Positions 10,465-20,715 are shown, counted from the first letter of the stretch. The stretch: DNA of 64,000 nucleotides from an uncultured Planctomycetales bacterium (GCA_964631045.1 CAZVWB010000021.1:1-64000), one strand, 5' to 3'. Notes: generated from the sequence alone by a model not told the origin. Numbers and translations: made by a program.

Positions 10465-12663
10465 GTGTTGCTCGCCGACACCGCGACGCTTTCGCTGCCC
10501 ACCGCGCTCTACGCCTCGCTGCCGTTCTGGCCCCTGCTGGGCGCGGCGGCGGTCGGCGTCATTCTGGCGCTGGGAAAGGCCCGCGAGCGGGCCCACCTGT
10601 TCGTCGTCGGCAGCGTCGCGATTCCCGCCGTACTGGCGCTGCTGCTGTTCTTCGACATCGCCGGGAATCACCGCGCCAAAGCACACGAAGCGTCCCACGC
10701 CGCTCCCGCCTCAACGCAACCCGCGACGCACGCGACGCAGCCGGCCGTCGCCGGCGACCCTGGCGCACACGCGCCGGCGAATGGTCACGCCGCGCCGGGC
10801 GACCACGGCGCGACGCACGCCGTCGCGGCCCACACGCCCATCGCGCTATACGACTGGATCAGCCTGGGCAACGGGCAGTTCATCGCGATCAACTTCTTCG
10901 TCGATTCGCTCACCGGCGTCATGCTGCTGGTGGTCACGCTGGTCGGCACGATGGTGGTGGTCTATTCGATCGGCTACATGAAGGACCACCACGGCCACCC
11001 GGAACGCGGCTACGAGCGCTTTTTCGCGTTCCTGGGGTTGTTCGTCTTCAGCATGTGCATGCTGGTGCTGGCGGGCAACTTTGTTCTGCTTTATCTGGGC
11101 TGGGAACTGGTCGGCCTGTGCAGCTATCTGCTGATCGGCTTCTACTACCAGAAGCCCGAGGCCGCCGCCGCCGCCAAGAAGGCGTTCCTGGTCAACCGCA
11201 TCGGCGACTTCGGCTTCGCGCTGGGCATTTTCGCGATCTACTACTATCTGGGCCTCGGGCACGCCGGGGTGGCGCTGGCCCCGGGCGAGAATCCGCTCGA
11301 CTACGCGACGCTGTTCAAGTACGTCGGCGCTCTCGCGGCGACGCCGTCGCTGTGGGGCATGAACGCCGCGGACCTGATCTCCCTGCTGCTGCTCTGCGGC
11401 GCGCTCGGCAAGAGCGCGCAGTTCCCGCTGTACGTCTGGTTGCCCGACGCCATGGAAGGCCCTTCGCCCGTGTCCGCGCTGATCCACGCCGCGACGATGG
11501 TCACCGCCGGCGTCTACATGCTGGCGCGCTGCGGCCCGCTCTACGCCCACGCCGAAGTGACGATGGTCGTGGTGGCGTGCATCGGGGCGTTCGGCGCGAT
11601 CTTCGCCGCGAGCATGGCGATGGCGCAGTACGACATGAAGCGAATCATGGCGTATTCGACCATGAGCCAGCTCGCGTTCATGTTCGTCGCGCTGGCGTGC
11701 GGCTCGCCGGACGCGGCCATCTTCCACCTGTATACGCACGCGTTCTTCAAGGCCCTGCTGTTCCTCACCGCCGGCAACGTGATGCACGCGATGGGCAACG
11801 TCATCGACTTGCGGCGCTTCAGCGGGCTGAAGGACGTGCTGCCCACGACGTACAAGCTGATGGGGGTCGGTTGCCTGGCCCTGTCCGGGTTTCCGCTGCT
11901 GGCGGGCTTCTGGAGCAAGGACACGATCCTGCACGCCGCCTTCTTCAGCGACATGGCCCACCAACTGCCGTGGCTCGGCTGGGTGATGCTGATTACGGCG
12001 ACGATGACTGCTTACTACACCTTTCGCATGTTCTTCCTCTGTTTTCACGGGGAGCAGCGCCTGCCGGCCGAGGCGGGCCACCACCCGCACGACATGGGGC
12101 CGGTCATGCAGCGACCGCTCTACGTTCTCGCCTTCGGCGCGGTCGCGGCCGGGTACCTCGGCGTGGCCTTCAAATTCGGCGGCGAGTCGTTCCTGGGCTT
12201 CCTGTACCCCAGCGGGTTTTTCCACGGATATCTGGGATCCAGCACGCTCGTGCACGCCGCGCATCACGCCGGCGGCGCGTGGGTGATGTATCTCTCGGTG
12301 TTGCTCGGGCTGACCGGCATCGGCCTGGCGTATCTGCGCTACGGCACGGCCCCGCAGCGCGACCCGGATCAGGCGGCGCTGGGCGGCCTGTGGAACCTGT
12401 GGCACGCCCGCTACTACGTCGACGAGCTTTACCAGGCGATCTTCGTGCAGCCCCTGCGGCGGCTGGGCGATCTGTGTTTCGCGATCGACCGCGCCGGCAT
12501 CGACGGACTGGTGTGGTTCGTCGCCGCGGTGCCGCGCGGCGCGGCGGCGGTGCTGCGCGTGTTCCAGGGCGGCGCGCTGCAGGGCTATGCGTTGTCGATG
12601 GTCGTCGGGCTGGCGATTCTGGCGGCCTTGTGGCGCTGGATGGATACGCCGCTGGTGCGCTAG
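10465..12663 (+). CDS. nuoL: NADH-quinone oxidoreductase subunit L (with a His/Ala/Pro-rich loop insertion)
   Basis: GTG at 10465, 3 nt after the nuoK stop. Carries NuoL antiporter-like motifs (LGWELVGLCSYLLIGFYY, HAATMVTAGVY) and a long C-terminal extension. ORF 10237..12663 overlaps nuoK upstream of this start. Confidence 0.9.
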   Translation: MLLADTATLSLPTALYASLPFWPLLGAAAVGVILALGKARERAHLFVVGSVAIPAVLALLLFFDIAGNHRAKAHEASHAAPASTQPATHATQPAVAGDPGAHAPANGHAAPGDHGATHAVAAHTPIALYDWISLGNGQFIAINFFVDSLTGVMLLVVTLVGTMVVVYSIGYMKDHHGHPERGYERFFAFLGLFVFSMCMLVLAGNFVLLYLGWELVGLCSYLLIGFYYQKPEAAAAAKKAFLVNRIGDFGFALGIFAIYYYLGLGHAGVALAPGENPLDYATLFKYVGALAATPSLWGMNAADLISLLLLCGALGKSAQFPLYVWLPDAMEGPSPVSALIHAATMVTAGVYMLARCGPLYAHAEVTMVVVACIGAFGAIFAASMAMAQYDMKRIMAYSTMSQLAFMFVALACGSPDAAIFHLYTHAFFKALLFLTAGNVMHAMGNVIDLRRFSGLKDVLPTTYKLMGVGCLALSGFPLLAGFWSKDTILHAAFFSDMAHQLPWLGWVMLITATMTAYYTFRMFFLCFHGEQRLPAEAGHHPHDMGPVMQRPLYVLAFGAVAAGYLGVAFKFGGESFLGFLYPSGFFHGYLGSSTLVHAAHHAGGAWVMYLSVLLGLTGIGLAYLRYGTAPQRDPDQAALGGLWNLWHARYYVDELYQAIFVQPLRRLGDLCFAIDRAGIDGLVWFVAAVPRGAAAVLRVFQGGALQGYALSMVVGLAILAALWRWMDTPLVR

Positions 12664-12674
12664 CGGCCCTACGC

Positions 12675-12876
12675 CTGGGTGGGGCGGGCATTTTGCCCGT
12701 CCGGTAGTCCGCCGTCTGGGTGGGGCGGGCATCTTGCCCGTCCAGTAGTCCGCCGCCTGGGTGTTGCGGGCATTCTGCCCGCCCGCGCGCCGCCGCCTGG
12801 GTGGGGTGGGCATTCTGCCCGCCCGCGCTCGGCCGCCTGGGTGGGGTGGGCATTCTGCCCGCCCGCGCGCCGCCGA
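12675..12876. repeat. tandem array of 5 REP-like units (40-41 bp period)
   Basis: Five head-to-tail copies of ctgggtggggYgggcattctgcccgcccgcgcgccgccgc between the nuoL stop (12663) and the nuoM start (13030). Confidence 0.85.
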
Positions 12877-13029
12877 GGATGCTGGCGGCATGGCAGTGCT
12901 TTTTGGGCGCCGTGTCACACGGCGCAGCCGAGTGAGTGGAATGACAATCGGGCCTTTCAATCGACCGGATCGCCGCGGACGGCTTCGCGGCGTCGCCCCA
13001 GGGGCCCAGCCGGGCATCGGACGCAGTGC

Positions 13030-14694
13030 ATGAGCGCCTTCGGGCTGAACATCCTGATCTTCCTGCCGCTCATCGCGGCGATCGTCGTCTGGCTGATTCC
13101 CGCCGGGCGCGAGGCGCTGGTGCGGCGGATCTCCCTGGGCGTCGGCCTGGGTTGCGCGCTGATCGGCCTGCTGCTGTGGCCGGGCCTCTACGCCGCCGGC
13201 CCGAGCGGCCTCGTGGGCGAGTTCTCGCGCGACTGGATCCGGATCAGCGACCCCGTCTACAACCTTCAAACCGAAACCACGGTCGCCCGGCCGGTATTGA
13301 CGATCCGCTATCACGTCGGGCTGGATGCCATCAGCATGCCGCTGTTCGTGCTGACGGCCCTGCTTGTGCCGATGGCGGTGGCGTGCAGCTTCGCGGCGAT
13401 CAAGACCCGCGAGCGCGAGTACTACGCCTGGATGCTGGGCCTGACCGCGGGCATGTTCGGGGTGTTCGCCGCCCGCGACGTGCTGCTGTTCTACATCTTC
13501 TTCGAGTTCACGCTCGTGCCGCTCTACTTCCTGATCGGCATCTGGGGCGGGCCGGAACGGCGCTACGCGGCCAATAAGTTCTTCCTCTACACCTTCGTCG
13601 GCAGCGTCATCACCTTCGCCGGCATTCTCTACCTCGCGGTTCGCGCGGCGGAGCTGTCGGGCAGCGGCGGGATCGACTTCAGCCTCGCGACGCTCTCGGC
13701 GCTCTCCGGGCTGTCCGCCGTCGAGCAGTCCTGGCTGTTCCTGGCGTTCTTCGCCGGCTTTGCGATCAAGGTGCCGTTCTTCCCCCTGCACACCTGGCTG
13801 CCCCTGGCGCACACCGAGGCGCCGACCGCCGGGTCCGTGCTGCTGGCCGGCATTCTGCTGAAGCTCGGTACGTACGGATTTCTGCGCTTCAGTCTGCCGA
13901 TGGTTCCGGCCGGGGCGGTGGAGTGGGCCGGGGTGATGGGCTGGCTGGCGGTCGCGGGCATCGTCTACGGGGCGCTGTGCTGCTGGGTGCAGCGCGACAT
14001 CAAAAAGCTCGTGGCGTATTCGTCCGTCTCGCACCTGGGCTTCTGCATGCTGGGCATGTTCGCCTTCCGGCCGGAGGGGCTGAGCGGCTCGGTGTTGTAC
14101 ATGATCAACCACGGCATCAACACCGGGGCGCTGTTCCTCCTGGTCGGCATGATGTACGACCGCTATCACACGCGTGACATGGACAAGATCGGCGGCCTGG
14201 CCCGCAAGATGCCCGTGTTCTGCTTCTTCTTCATGCTCTTCGTGCTGGCCAGCGTCGGGTTGCCCGGCACCAACGGCTTCGTGAGCGAGTTCACGGTGCT
14301 CTTCGCCGCGTTCAACTCCGAGCGGCTCGGTCCGTGGTTCGGCGCGCTGGGCGCGACCGGCATCCTGCTCGGTGCGATCTACATGCTCTACGCCGCCGGC
14401 AAGGTGCTCTTCGGCCCGGTCAAGGAGCCCGGCCACGGGGCGGAGCTGCACGGCGATCTGAAACCCGACCTCAACACCCGCGAGATCGCAATCCTGACGC
14501 CGCTGGCGGTGCTCGTGATCCTGCTGGGCTTCTTCCCGCGCATCATCACCGACCCGCTCGATCCGGTGCTTGAAGCACAGGTCAGCAAGCGGGTCGAAGA
14601 GTCGCTGACGTCCTACCGCAACGCCCGCGCAGCGCCGCCCACCCCGTCCGATGCGGCGCTGGTCTTCGGGCAGTCGTCGCCGGGAGGCCGCTGA
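13030..14694 (+). CDS. nuoM: NADH-quinone oxidoreductase subunit M
   Basis: ATG at 13030 (MSAFGLNILIFLPL...), antiporter-like NuoM. The track ORF extends upstream through the repeat array only because no stop intervenes. Confidence 0.9.
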   Translation: MSAFGLNILIFLPLIAAIVVWLIPAGREALVRRISLGVGLGCALIGLLLWPGLYAAGPSGLVGEFSRDWIRISDPVYNLQTETTVARPVLTIRYHVGLDAISMPLFVLTALLVPMAVACSFAAIKTREREYYAWMLGLTAGMFGVFAARDVLLFYIFFEFTLVPLYFLIGIWGGPERRYAANKFFLYTFVGSVITFAGILYLAVRAAELSGSGGIDFSLATLSALSGLSAVEQSWLFLAFFAGFAIKVPFFPLHTWLPLAHTEAPTAGSVLLAGILLKLGTYGFLRFSLPMVPAGAVEWAGVMGWLAVAGIVYGALCCWVQRDIKKLVAYSSVSHLGFCMLGMFAFRPEGLSGSVLYMINHGINTGALFLLVGMMYDRYHTRDMDKIGGLARKMPVFCFFFMLFVLASVGLPGTNGFVSEFTVLFAAFNSERLGPWFGALGATGILLGAIYMLYAAGKVLFGPVKEPGHGAELHGDLKPDLNTREIAILTPLAVLVILLGFFPRIITDPLDPVLEAQVSKRVEESLTSYRNARAAPPTPSDAALVFGQSSPGGR

Positions 14695-14696
14695 CC

Positions 14697-16319
14697 GTGC
14701 TTGCCGCCGCCAATACCACCGCCTTGCTCGTCGCGCTCCTGCCGGAGCTGCTGCTGATGTCCGGCGCCTGCGCCGTGCTGCTGCTCGCGCAGTCCGTGCG
14801 GGCGGCGGTGGTGCGATCGGTGCCGTGGGTGGCGCTGGCGACGGTCGCCGCCGCGGTGCTCCTGCTCGAAATTGTCCTGCCGATGATCATGCGGGCGGCG
14901 CAGCTCGACGAAGCGTCGATCGGCGTCGGCTTGCAGCTCGACTCGCTGGCGCGTTTCGTGCGGCTCAGCGCGCTGATTCTCGGCGTGCTGATCGTTCTGG
15001 CGGTCTGGTCCGCGCCGACGACTTCGGAGCAGGGCGAGTTTTTCTGCATGCTCCTGCTGTCGATCGCCGGCATGCTGCTGGTCGGCATGGCCGACAACCT
15101 GGTCGTGTTGTTCCTCGGCCTCGAACTGGTCAGCATCCCGACGTACGTAATCGTCTCGATGAGCCGCTGGAACCGTGTCGCACTCGAAGCCGGCACCAAG
15201 TATTTCTATCTGGGCGCCCTCTCCGCCGCGATCATGGCGTACGGGTTCAGCCTGCTCTATGGCGCAGCCGGAACAGCCGCGCTGGAGCCGGCGGCGACGG
15301 ATCGCCTGATCGAGGCGCTGCACAAGCCCGGCACGCTGGCATACGGCATCACGGTAATGGGGCTGCTGCTCGGCATCGGCGGCTTGCTGTTCAAGGTCGC
15401 GGCGGTGCCGTTCCACTTCTACATCGCCGATGTGTACCAGGGCGCGGCGGGTCCGGTGGCCGGCATGCTGGGCTTCGTGCCCAAGCTGGCCGGCTTTGTG
15501 GCGATCGTCAAGATTCTCAGCCTGACGGGCTGGCAGATCTACAGCGGCGGGTTGTTCTGGTTCCTGTGGCTGGTGGCGATCGCCAGCATGACCGTCGGTA
15601 ATCTGCTCGCGCTGCGCCAGACCAACATCAAGCGCATGCTGGCGTACTCCGGCATCGCGCACTCGGGATACATGCTCGTCGGACTGATGGCCGGGCACAG
15701 CGGCGGCGAGGGCGTGGTGGGCGACGGCGTCGCCGCGATCCTCTACTACGTCGTCATCTATGGCCTCGCGAATCTGGCCGCATTCACCGTCCTGGCGCTG
15801 CTGCGGATGAAGGGCCAGGCCTGCGAGACGCTCCGCGACGTGGCCGGGCTCCTGCGGCGGCACCCAAGTCTGGCGCTGCTGTTGGCGCTGACGATGTTCA
15901 CGCTCATGGGCATGCCGCCCACGCCGGGGTTCTGGGGCAAGCTCGGTCTGTTCGGCAGCGCGCTCTCCGCCGGCACCACCGCCGGTGCGTATCAGCCGTG
16001 GCTGGTCGGCCTGGTGATCGTGGCGGTCGTCAATTCGGCCATCGCCGCGGCGTACTATCTGCGGGTGATCGCGGCGCTGCTGCTTTACGAGTCCGACGAG
16101 CCGGCGGACGTAGCGCCGCGCGAGGCGGAGCGGATGGGCGCGACGATCTGCGGATTTCTAATCCTCTTCTTCTCGTTCTACCCCAGCGCCCTGCTCGGCG
16201 CCGGGCGCAGCGCGACCAGCGACTTGCGCGACCTGCTGGTGAGCAAGCCGCAAACGGTGCAGCCCGTCGCGCGGACTCCGGTCGGATCCCCTCCGAGCGT
16301 CCCCGCGGGACTGAACTGA
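14697..16319 (+). CDS. nuoN: NADH-quinone oxidoreductase subunit N
   Basis: 540-aa antiporter-like subunit, the last gene of the nuo block. Confidence 0.9.
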   Translation: MLAAANTTALLVALLPELLLMSGACAVLLLAQSVRAAVVRSVPWVALATVAAAVLLLEIVLPMIMRAAQLDEASIGVGLQLDSLARFVRLSALILGVLIVLAVWSAPTTSEQGEFFCMLLLSIAGMLLVGMADNLVVLFLGLELVSIPTYVIVSMSRWNRVALEAGTKYFYLGALSAAIMAYGFSLLYGAAGTAALEPAATDRLIEALHKPGTLAYGITVMGLLLGIGGLLFKVAAVPFHFYIADVYQGAAGPVAGMLGFVPKLAGFVAIVKILSLTGWQIYSGGLFWFLWLVAIASMTVGNLLALRQTNIKRMLAYSGIAHSGYMLVGLMAGHSGGEGVVGDGVAAILYYVVIYGLANLAAFTVLALLRMKGQACETLRDVAGLLRRHPSLALLLALTMFTLMGMPPTPGFWGKLGLFGSALSAGTTAGAYQPWLVGLVIVAVVNSAIAAAYYLRVIAALLLYESDEPADVAPREAERMGATICGFLILFFSFYPSALLGAGRSATSDLRDLLVSKPQTVQPVARTPVGSPPSVPAGLN

Positions 16320-16492
16320 ACACACCGGATCAGCCGCCCGCGGTCAGCGACAACCGCATGGCCCACCGCGTCGAATCCAACGCTTCAAGTATTTGAATGC
16401 GCCGTGCATGCCGGCGAAGTGGAGGGCTGCGGCGGCCGCATGCTCCGGCGACCGGCAGGCGCGATGATCGGGGGGCGTCGATTGGTGTTGCG

Positions 16493-17227
16493 TTACGCGC
16501 TCAGCGCCGCCGCCTGCTCGCGCGGCCCCGGCGTCAGCAGCTTCTCGCCCAGCCCGTGGCGTTCGACGTAGCTGTGCAGCGTGGCGATGTCGCGCAGGCA
16601 GCGCAGATCGTCATGCGTGTCGGTGCCGATGGAGACGGCGACGCGGTGCTGCGGCAGAATCTGGAACCAGCGATCGCCCTCGTCGAGCGGCAGGAACTTC
16701 GAGTTGACCTCGTAGAAGATGCGCGCGTTCGCGAGCGTCCGAACCACCTGCTCCATCGAAGTGTTGGGGTACTGGTCGACCACGTTGGCGTGCGCCAGAC
16801 CCACCGGACACGGCCAGCGCCGCGCCTGGTTGGCGAGCTGCGTCAGCCCGGCCCAGTCGGTGTACTCGATCAGCACATAGTCCACCCCGCTGCCGGTCAG
16901 CAGCTCGCGCATCACACCGAGCATGGTCTTGTTCAGCGGCCAGTTGATCTCCGCGCCGCAGAAGATCTGCAGCTTCCCGGCCCAGCGCTGCCGCGCCGCC
17001 CGCACTTCGGCGACGTACGAGCGCAGCTCGCCGGCGAATGTCCGCTCGAACTCGCGCTCGTTGGTAATCAGGCGCGACGAAGGCGTGCAGAACAAGTGAT
17101 CGCAAATCCCGACGCCGCTGACCTTTATGTCTTTCAGAGCCAGGTGCGCATCGCAGATTTCATCGATCGTGTAGGCGCCGTCGGAGAACGGCGTGTGGTT
17201 GTGCAGATTGTAAATGGGCTTGGACAT
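16493..17227 (-). CDS. PHP-domain metal-dependent phosphoesterase
   Basis: N-terminal motif NLHNHTPFSDGA plus further His/Asp motifs (DHLF, GTDTHDD), typical of PHP/histidinol-phosphatase-like proteins. Confidence 0.8.
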   Translation of the reverse strand: MSKPIYNLHNHTPFSDGAYTIDEICDAHLALKDIKVSGVGICDHLFCTPSSRLITNEREFERTFAGELRSYVAEVRAARQRWAGKLQIFCGAEINWPLNKTMLGVMRELLTGSGVDYVLIEYTDWAGLTQLANQARRWPCPVGLAHANVVDQYPNTSMEQVVRTLANARIFYEVNSKFLPLDEGDRWFQILPQHRVAVSIGTDTHDDLRCLRDIATLHSYVERHGLGEKLLTPGPREQAAALSA

Positions 17228-17900
17228 TCAGCCTCCCGTGAGGAAGCGCCGCCGTTTGCGAACGCTTGCACGATCCCGTGATAAACAGTAGCTGGCAGCG
17301 GGCGCCTTCGGCACACACCAACCGAAAAGCCGGCGCAAGTGGCTGCGGCCACGCGAGTTGCGACGTTCTCTCTAGTTTTCGCTCAAAAACTGCCCCACGA
17401 GCCCGAACTCGGGCGCGGATCCAAGATACCGATCGCAGACGAACTCGTCCAGACCGAAACCGCCAATACCCGACGCTCCGGACGGTCGATCCACGGCGGC
17501 CACTGGGATCAAAATTCAGTATAGCAACTCGCGCAAGCGCCGCAAGTCCTGTGCGGGCATAGGACAAAAGCTCCAATCGGACTCCGGACCCGCGGACTTC
17601 ACGGTCGAAGCGCCCCGCCGCCGGAACGCGAGCCGCGAAAAAATCTTTGCGCCGCCGCAACATCTCCGAACCCACGGCGGGCGGCGGCGTATCCAATGTG
17701 GACGATGACGAACCGACTGTGACTTGAGCTTCTCCTCCTCTCCCGACCCACCGGCGTGGCATTCGTGAAAACGAGTGCCTCGCCGGTTGCCGTTTCGGGC
17801 CGCTGCCCGCCCGCGACGCGCGTCGGCGAATTTCCGCAACACGCACCAACCCCGCGCACGCCGCCGAATCTGGGATAATGCCGCCGAACCCGGCCGTCGC

Positions 17901-19301
17901 ATGGAAGCGATGCGGCCGTCGTCGGCGATGCGGCTCTTGAGCGGCGCAATGCACCTGAACAAACTGGGCTTTGCAAAAGCTAGCGGCCGGGCGCTGCGGC
18001 GAGGGCTCGCGGCCTGGGTCCTCTGTGCGGGCCTGCCGTTGGCGCCGGCTCAACCGCTTCGTTCGGTTCCGGTCGTACGGGTGGATCCGCTCGAGGGCCG
18101 GGTGTGGGTGGATGCGCCGCACCACCCCGCGGGCGCCCGGATTCTGCTGGCGATCGGCGGGGAACCGGTCGGTCTGCTCGACGCCGATCCGTCGGGCGAT
18201 CCCGGCGCGTTCTCGCAGCCCCTGCGAAGGGAGCCGTTCCCGCCCGGACCGGCCAGCGCCTGGCTGCTGCCGCCGGATGCCCTGGCGGGCTGGCGGGCGC
18301 AGTGGCCGATCGACGCAGAACTCTTCGGCGTGATCGAGAGCGTCGCCCCCGGCAACCACGGCGTGTGGATCCGCCGGGGCGGCAACGCCGGCGTCCTTCC
18401 CGGCGATAGCTGGTTGCTGCGTGTCGGCGATCAGCCGGTCGCGCGCTTCGACGTGCGCTTCGTCGCCCCGGAGCTTTGTTACGGTCGCGCCGTCTCGCTC
18501 GTCAGCGACCCGCCGATTCGCTCCGGCGATCGCGTCGCGCTATGGCCGCGCCCGGCCGATCGGGCGCGCGGCGCCGCAGAGAGCGGCGTCGTCTTCGTCG
18601 AGTCGGTCGGTGCGGGCCGGCGGCTCTGGATTCCCTGGCCGCCGAACACGCCGCTGCCGGAGGAACCGCACGTGGACGTGTTTCGCGGCGACCGCTACGT
18701 GGGCCACGCGATCGTGGATCAGCGCGACGATCGCTTTCTCTATGCCCGCGTCATCTCCGCCGCCCGAGACAGCGAGTTCCGCATCGGCGACCGCGCGGTC
18801 GTTCGGACCCTGCCCGACGTCGCGAGTCGCCGCTTGTCCGCCCGCGTTTTTGAAGTCGGCCCCGAGGGCGCCCTCGTCACCGCCAGCGAGCAGGACGGCG
18901 TCGTCGCCGGCGACCCCTGCGCGATCTATCGGAGCGGCGTGCTGATCTTCACGACCGCAGTCAAGAAGGTGCAGCGCGAGTACGCGCTGCTGAACCCCCC
19001 CGCGACCGCCGATCTGCCCGACTTCGCGATCGACGATGAGGTGCGCTTCGGGCCGCCGCCGCGCGAACCGCTACCCGTCGCGGAGATCGCGGCGGTGGTG
19101 GAAGGCGAGCTGATCCGCGTCCGGGTGTTTCCGGGTTGCAGCGTTCCGCTGAACACGCCGCTGCGCGTGCGCGCGCGCGGCGCGGTGCGCGGCGTCGCGG
19201 TGCTGTGCGAAGTCCGCGGCGAGTCCGCGATCGGCGTGCTGCCGAGCGCCGGGCTGGCGGGGGACGTGGCGCCCGGCGCGACCATCGAGATCGATCCATG
19301 A
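17901..19301 (+). CDS. hypothetical secreted protein with repeated small beta-barrel-like modules
   Basis: Signal-peptide-like N-terminus (…AWVLCAGLPLAPAQP). Five or more repeats of the pattern G.R.....G........R.GDR.VV. ATGA overlap with the next gene. Start uncertain (17901, 17910 or 17928). Confidence 0.6.
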   Translation: MEAMRPSSAMRLLSGAMHLNKLGFAKASGRALRRGLAAWVLCAGLPLAPAQPLRSVPVVRVDPLEGRVWVDAPHHPAGARILLAIGGEPVGLLDADPSGDPGAFSQPLRREPFPPGPASAWLLPPDALAGWRAQWPIDAELFGVIESVAPGNHGVWIRRGGNAGVLPGDSWLLRVGDQPVARFDVRFVAPELCYGRAVSLVSDPPIRSGDRVALWPRPADRARGAAESGVVFVESVGAGRRLWIPWPPNTPLPEEPHVDVFRGDRYVGHAIVDQRDDRFLYARVISAARDSEFRIGDRAVVRTLPDVASRRLSARVFEVGPEGALVTASEQDGVVAGDPCAIYRSGVLIFTTAVKKVQREYALLNPPATADLPDFAIDDEVRFGPPPREPLPVAEIAAVVEGELIRVRVFPGCSVPLNTPLRVRARGAVRGVAVLCEVRGESAIGVLPSAGLAGDVAPGATIEIDP

Positions 19302-20587
19302 GCGCCAACGCCGGTAGCAGCAATATCGGGAACCTCGAGCAGATCGCCGCGGCCTGCATCCACTGCGGCCTGTGCCTCGACGATTGCCCCACGTATCAGG
19401 TGTTGGGCAACGAAATGGACTCGCCCCGCGGCCGGATTCTGCTCATGCGGGCGCTGGCCGAAGAGCGCATCCCCGCCGGTCCGGCGCCGCGCACGCACCT
19501 CGATCGCTGCCTCGGTTGCCGGGCGTGCGAGACCGCCTGCCCATCGGGCGTGCGCTACTCGGCGCTGCTGGAGCACGCCCGCGAGCACATGCCCGCGGCT
19601 TCGCCCGCCCCGCCGCCATGGCGCCTGGCGCTGCTGCTCTTCTGGATACTCCCGTTTCCGTGGCGTTTTCGTCTCGCGGTTCGGGTGGGACTGTGGATGA
19701 GAGCGCTGGGGCTGCTGCGGCTTGCCGTGCGGCTGTTTCCGCGGCTCGCTGCCTTGGAAAAGATGCTGCCGCCCGCGCTGCCGTCGCGGCTGCGGCTGTC
19801 GCCCCGCGCAGCGCCGTCGAGCGAAACGCGTGCCGGCGTGTCGCTGTTCACGGGTTGCGCCACGAGCGCGCTGACCCCGCGCACGCTGGAGAACACTCAG
19901 CGCGTCCTGCTGCATCATGGCTGCGCGGTGACCACGCCGCCGCGGCAGGTCTGCTGCGGTGCGATCCACCTGCACAGCGGTCGTCCGGACGAGGCGCGGG
20001 CCGCGGCCCGCGCGAATCTGGCGGCGTTCGCGGGAGACACGCCGATCATCGCGGTCGCCGCCGGCTGCGGGGCGATGCTGAAGGGCTACGGCGAGCTGCT
20101 CGGCGGCGAAACCCCGGACCGTGCCGCGGCACAGGCGTTCGCCCGGCGCGTCCGCGACATCAGCGAATTCGTTTGCGATCTGGGCCTGCGCCCGCCGGTC
20201 GTGCGGCTGGAAGCGCGGGTGGCGTGCCAGGATGCCTGTCACCTGCTGCATGCCCAGCGAATTTCCGCGCCGCCGCGCGAGATTCTGCGGCGCATCCCCG
20301 GCGTGACGCTGGTCGAGCCGCGCGACGCCGGCCAGTGCTGCGGGGCCGCCGGCTCGTACAACCTGCAACACCCGGAGATCGCGGACGAGCTGGGTCGGCG
20401 GAAGCTGCAGAGCCTGCGTGAGTCGGGCGCTGCGGTGGTGGCCTCCGGCAACATCGGGTGCATGATGCACCTGCAGGGCTTGCAGCGCCAGGATGGCCGC
20501 GCCGCCGCACCGCTTCGCATTGTCCACACGATCGACCTGCTGCACGAAGCTTATGGGCTTGATCAGAATTCGCCGCCGACTGCCTGA
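19298..20587 (+). CDS. (Fe-S)-binding protein, GlcF / heterodisulfide-reductase-like (2x[4Fe-4S] + 2 CCG domains)
   Basis: CIHCGLCLDDCP and CLGCRACETACP ferredoxin motifs, then two cysteine-rich CCG-type regions (CCG, CQDAC.., CCGAAGSYN). ATG at 19298 overlaps the upstream stop. Confidence 0.8.
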   Translation: MSANAGSSNIGNLEQIAAACIHCGLCLDDCPTYQVLGNEMDSPRGRILLMRALAEERIPAGPAPRTHLDRCLGCRACETACPSGVRYSALLEHAREHMPAASPAPPPWRLALLLFWILPFPWRFRLAVRVGLWMRALGLLRLAVRLFPRLAALEKMLPPALPSRLRLSPRAAPSSETRAGVSLFTGCATSALTPRTLENTQRVLLHHGCAVTTPPRQVCCGAIHLHSGRPDEARAAARANLAAFAGDTPIIAVAAGCGAMLKGYGELLGGETPDRAAAQAFARRVRDISEFVCDLGLRPPVVRLEARVACQDACHLLHAQRISAPPREILRRIPGVTLVEPRDAGQCCGAAGSYNLQHPEIADELGRRKLQSLRESGAAVVASGNIGCMMHLQGLQRQDGRAAAPLRIVHTIDLLHEAYGLDQNSPPTA

Positions 20588-20715
20588 CGATCGCCGCAGC
20601 GCCCCCTACAATGGAATTGGGGTTGTGTGAGGGAAGTCGCCGGCCCGATGGTCGCCGCGCAGCAGCGCCGCCGATCCGCACCGGCCGGAGTAACCCGCTC
20701 GGAGCGTTGCCGAAC

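Noticed and set aside
12679-13029. Upstream extension of nuoM through the tandem repeat array
   Set aside because: The open frame across the repeats translates to low-complexity GWGGHSARP-type peptides. The real start is the ATG at 13030.
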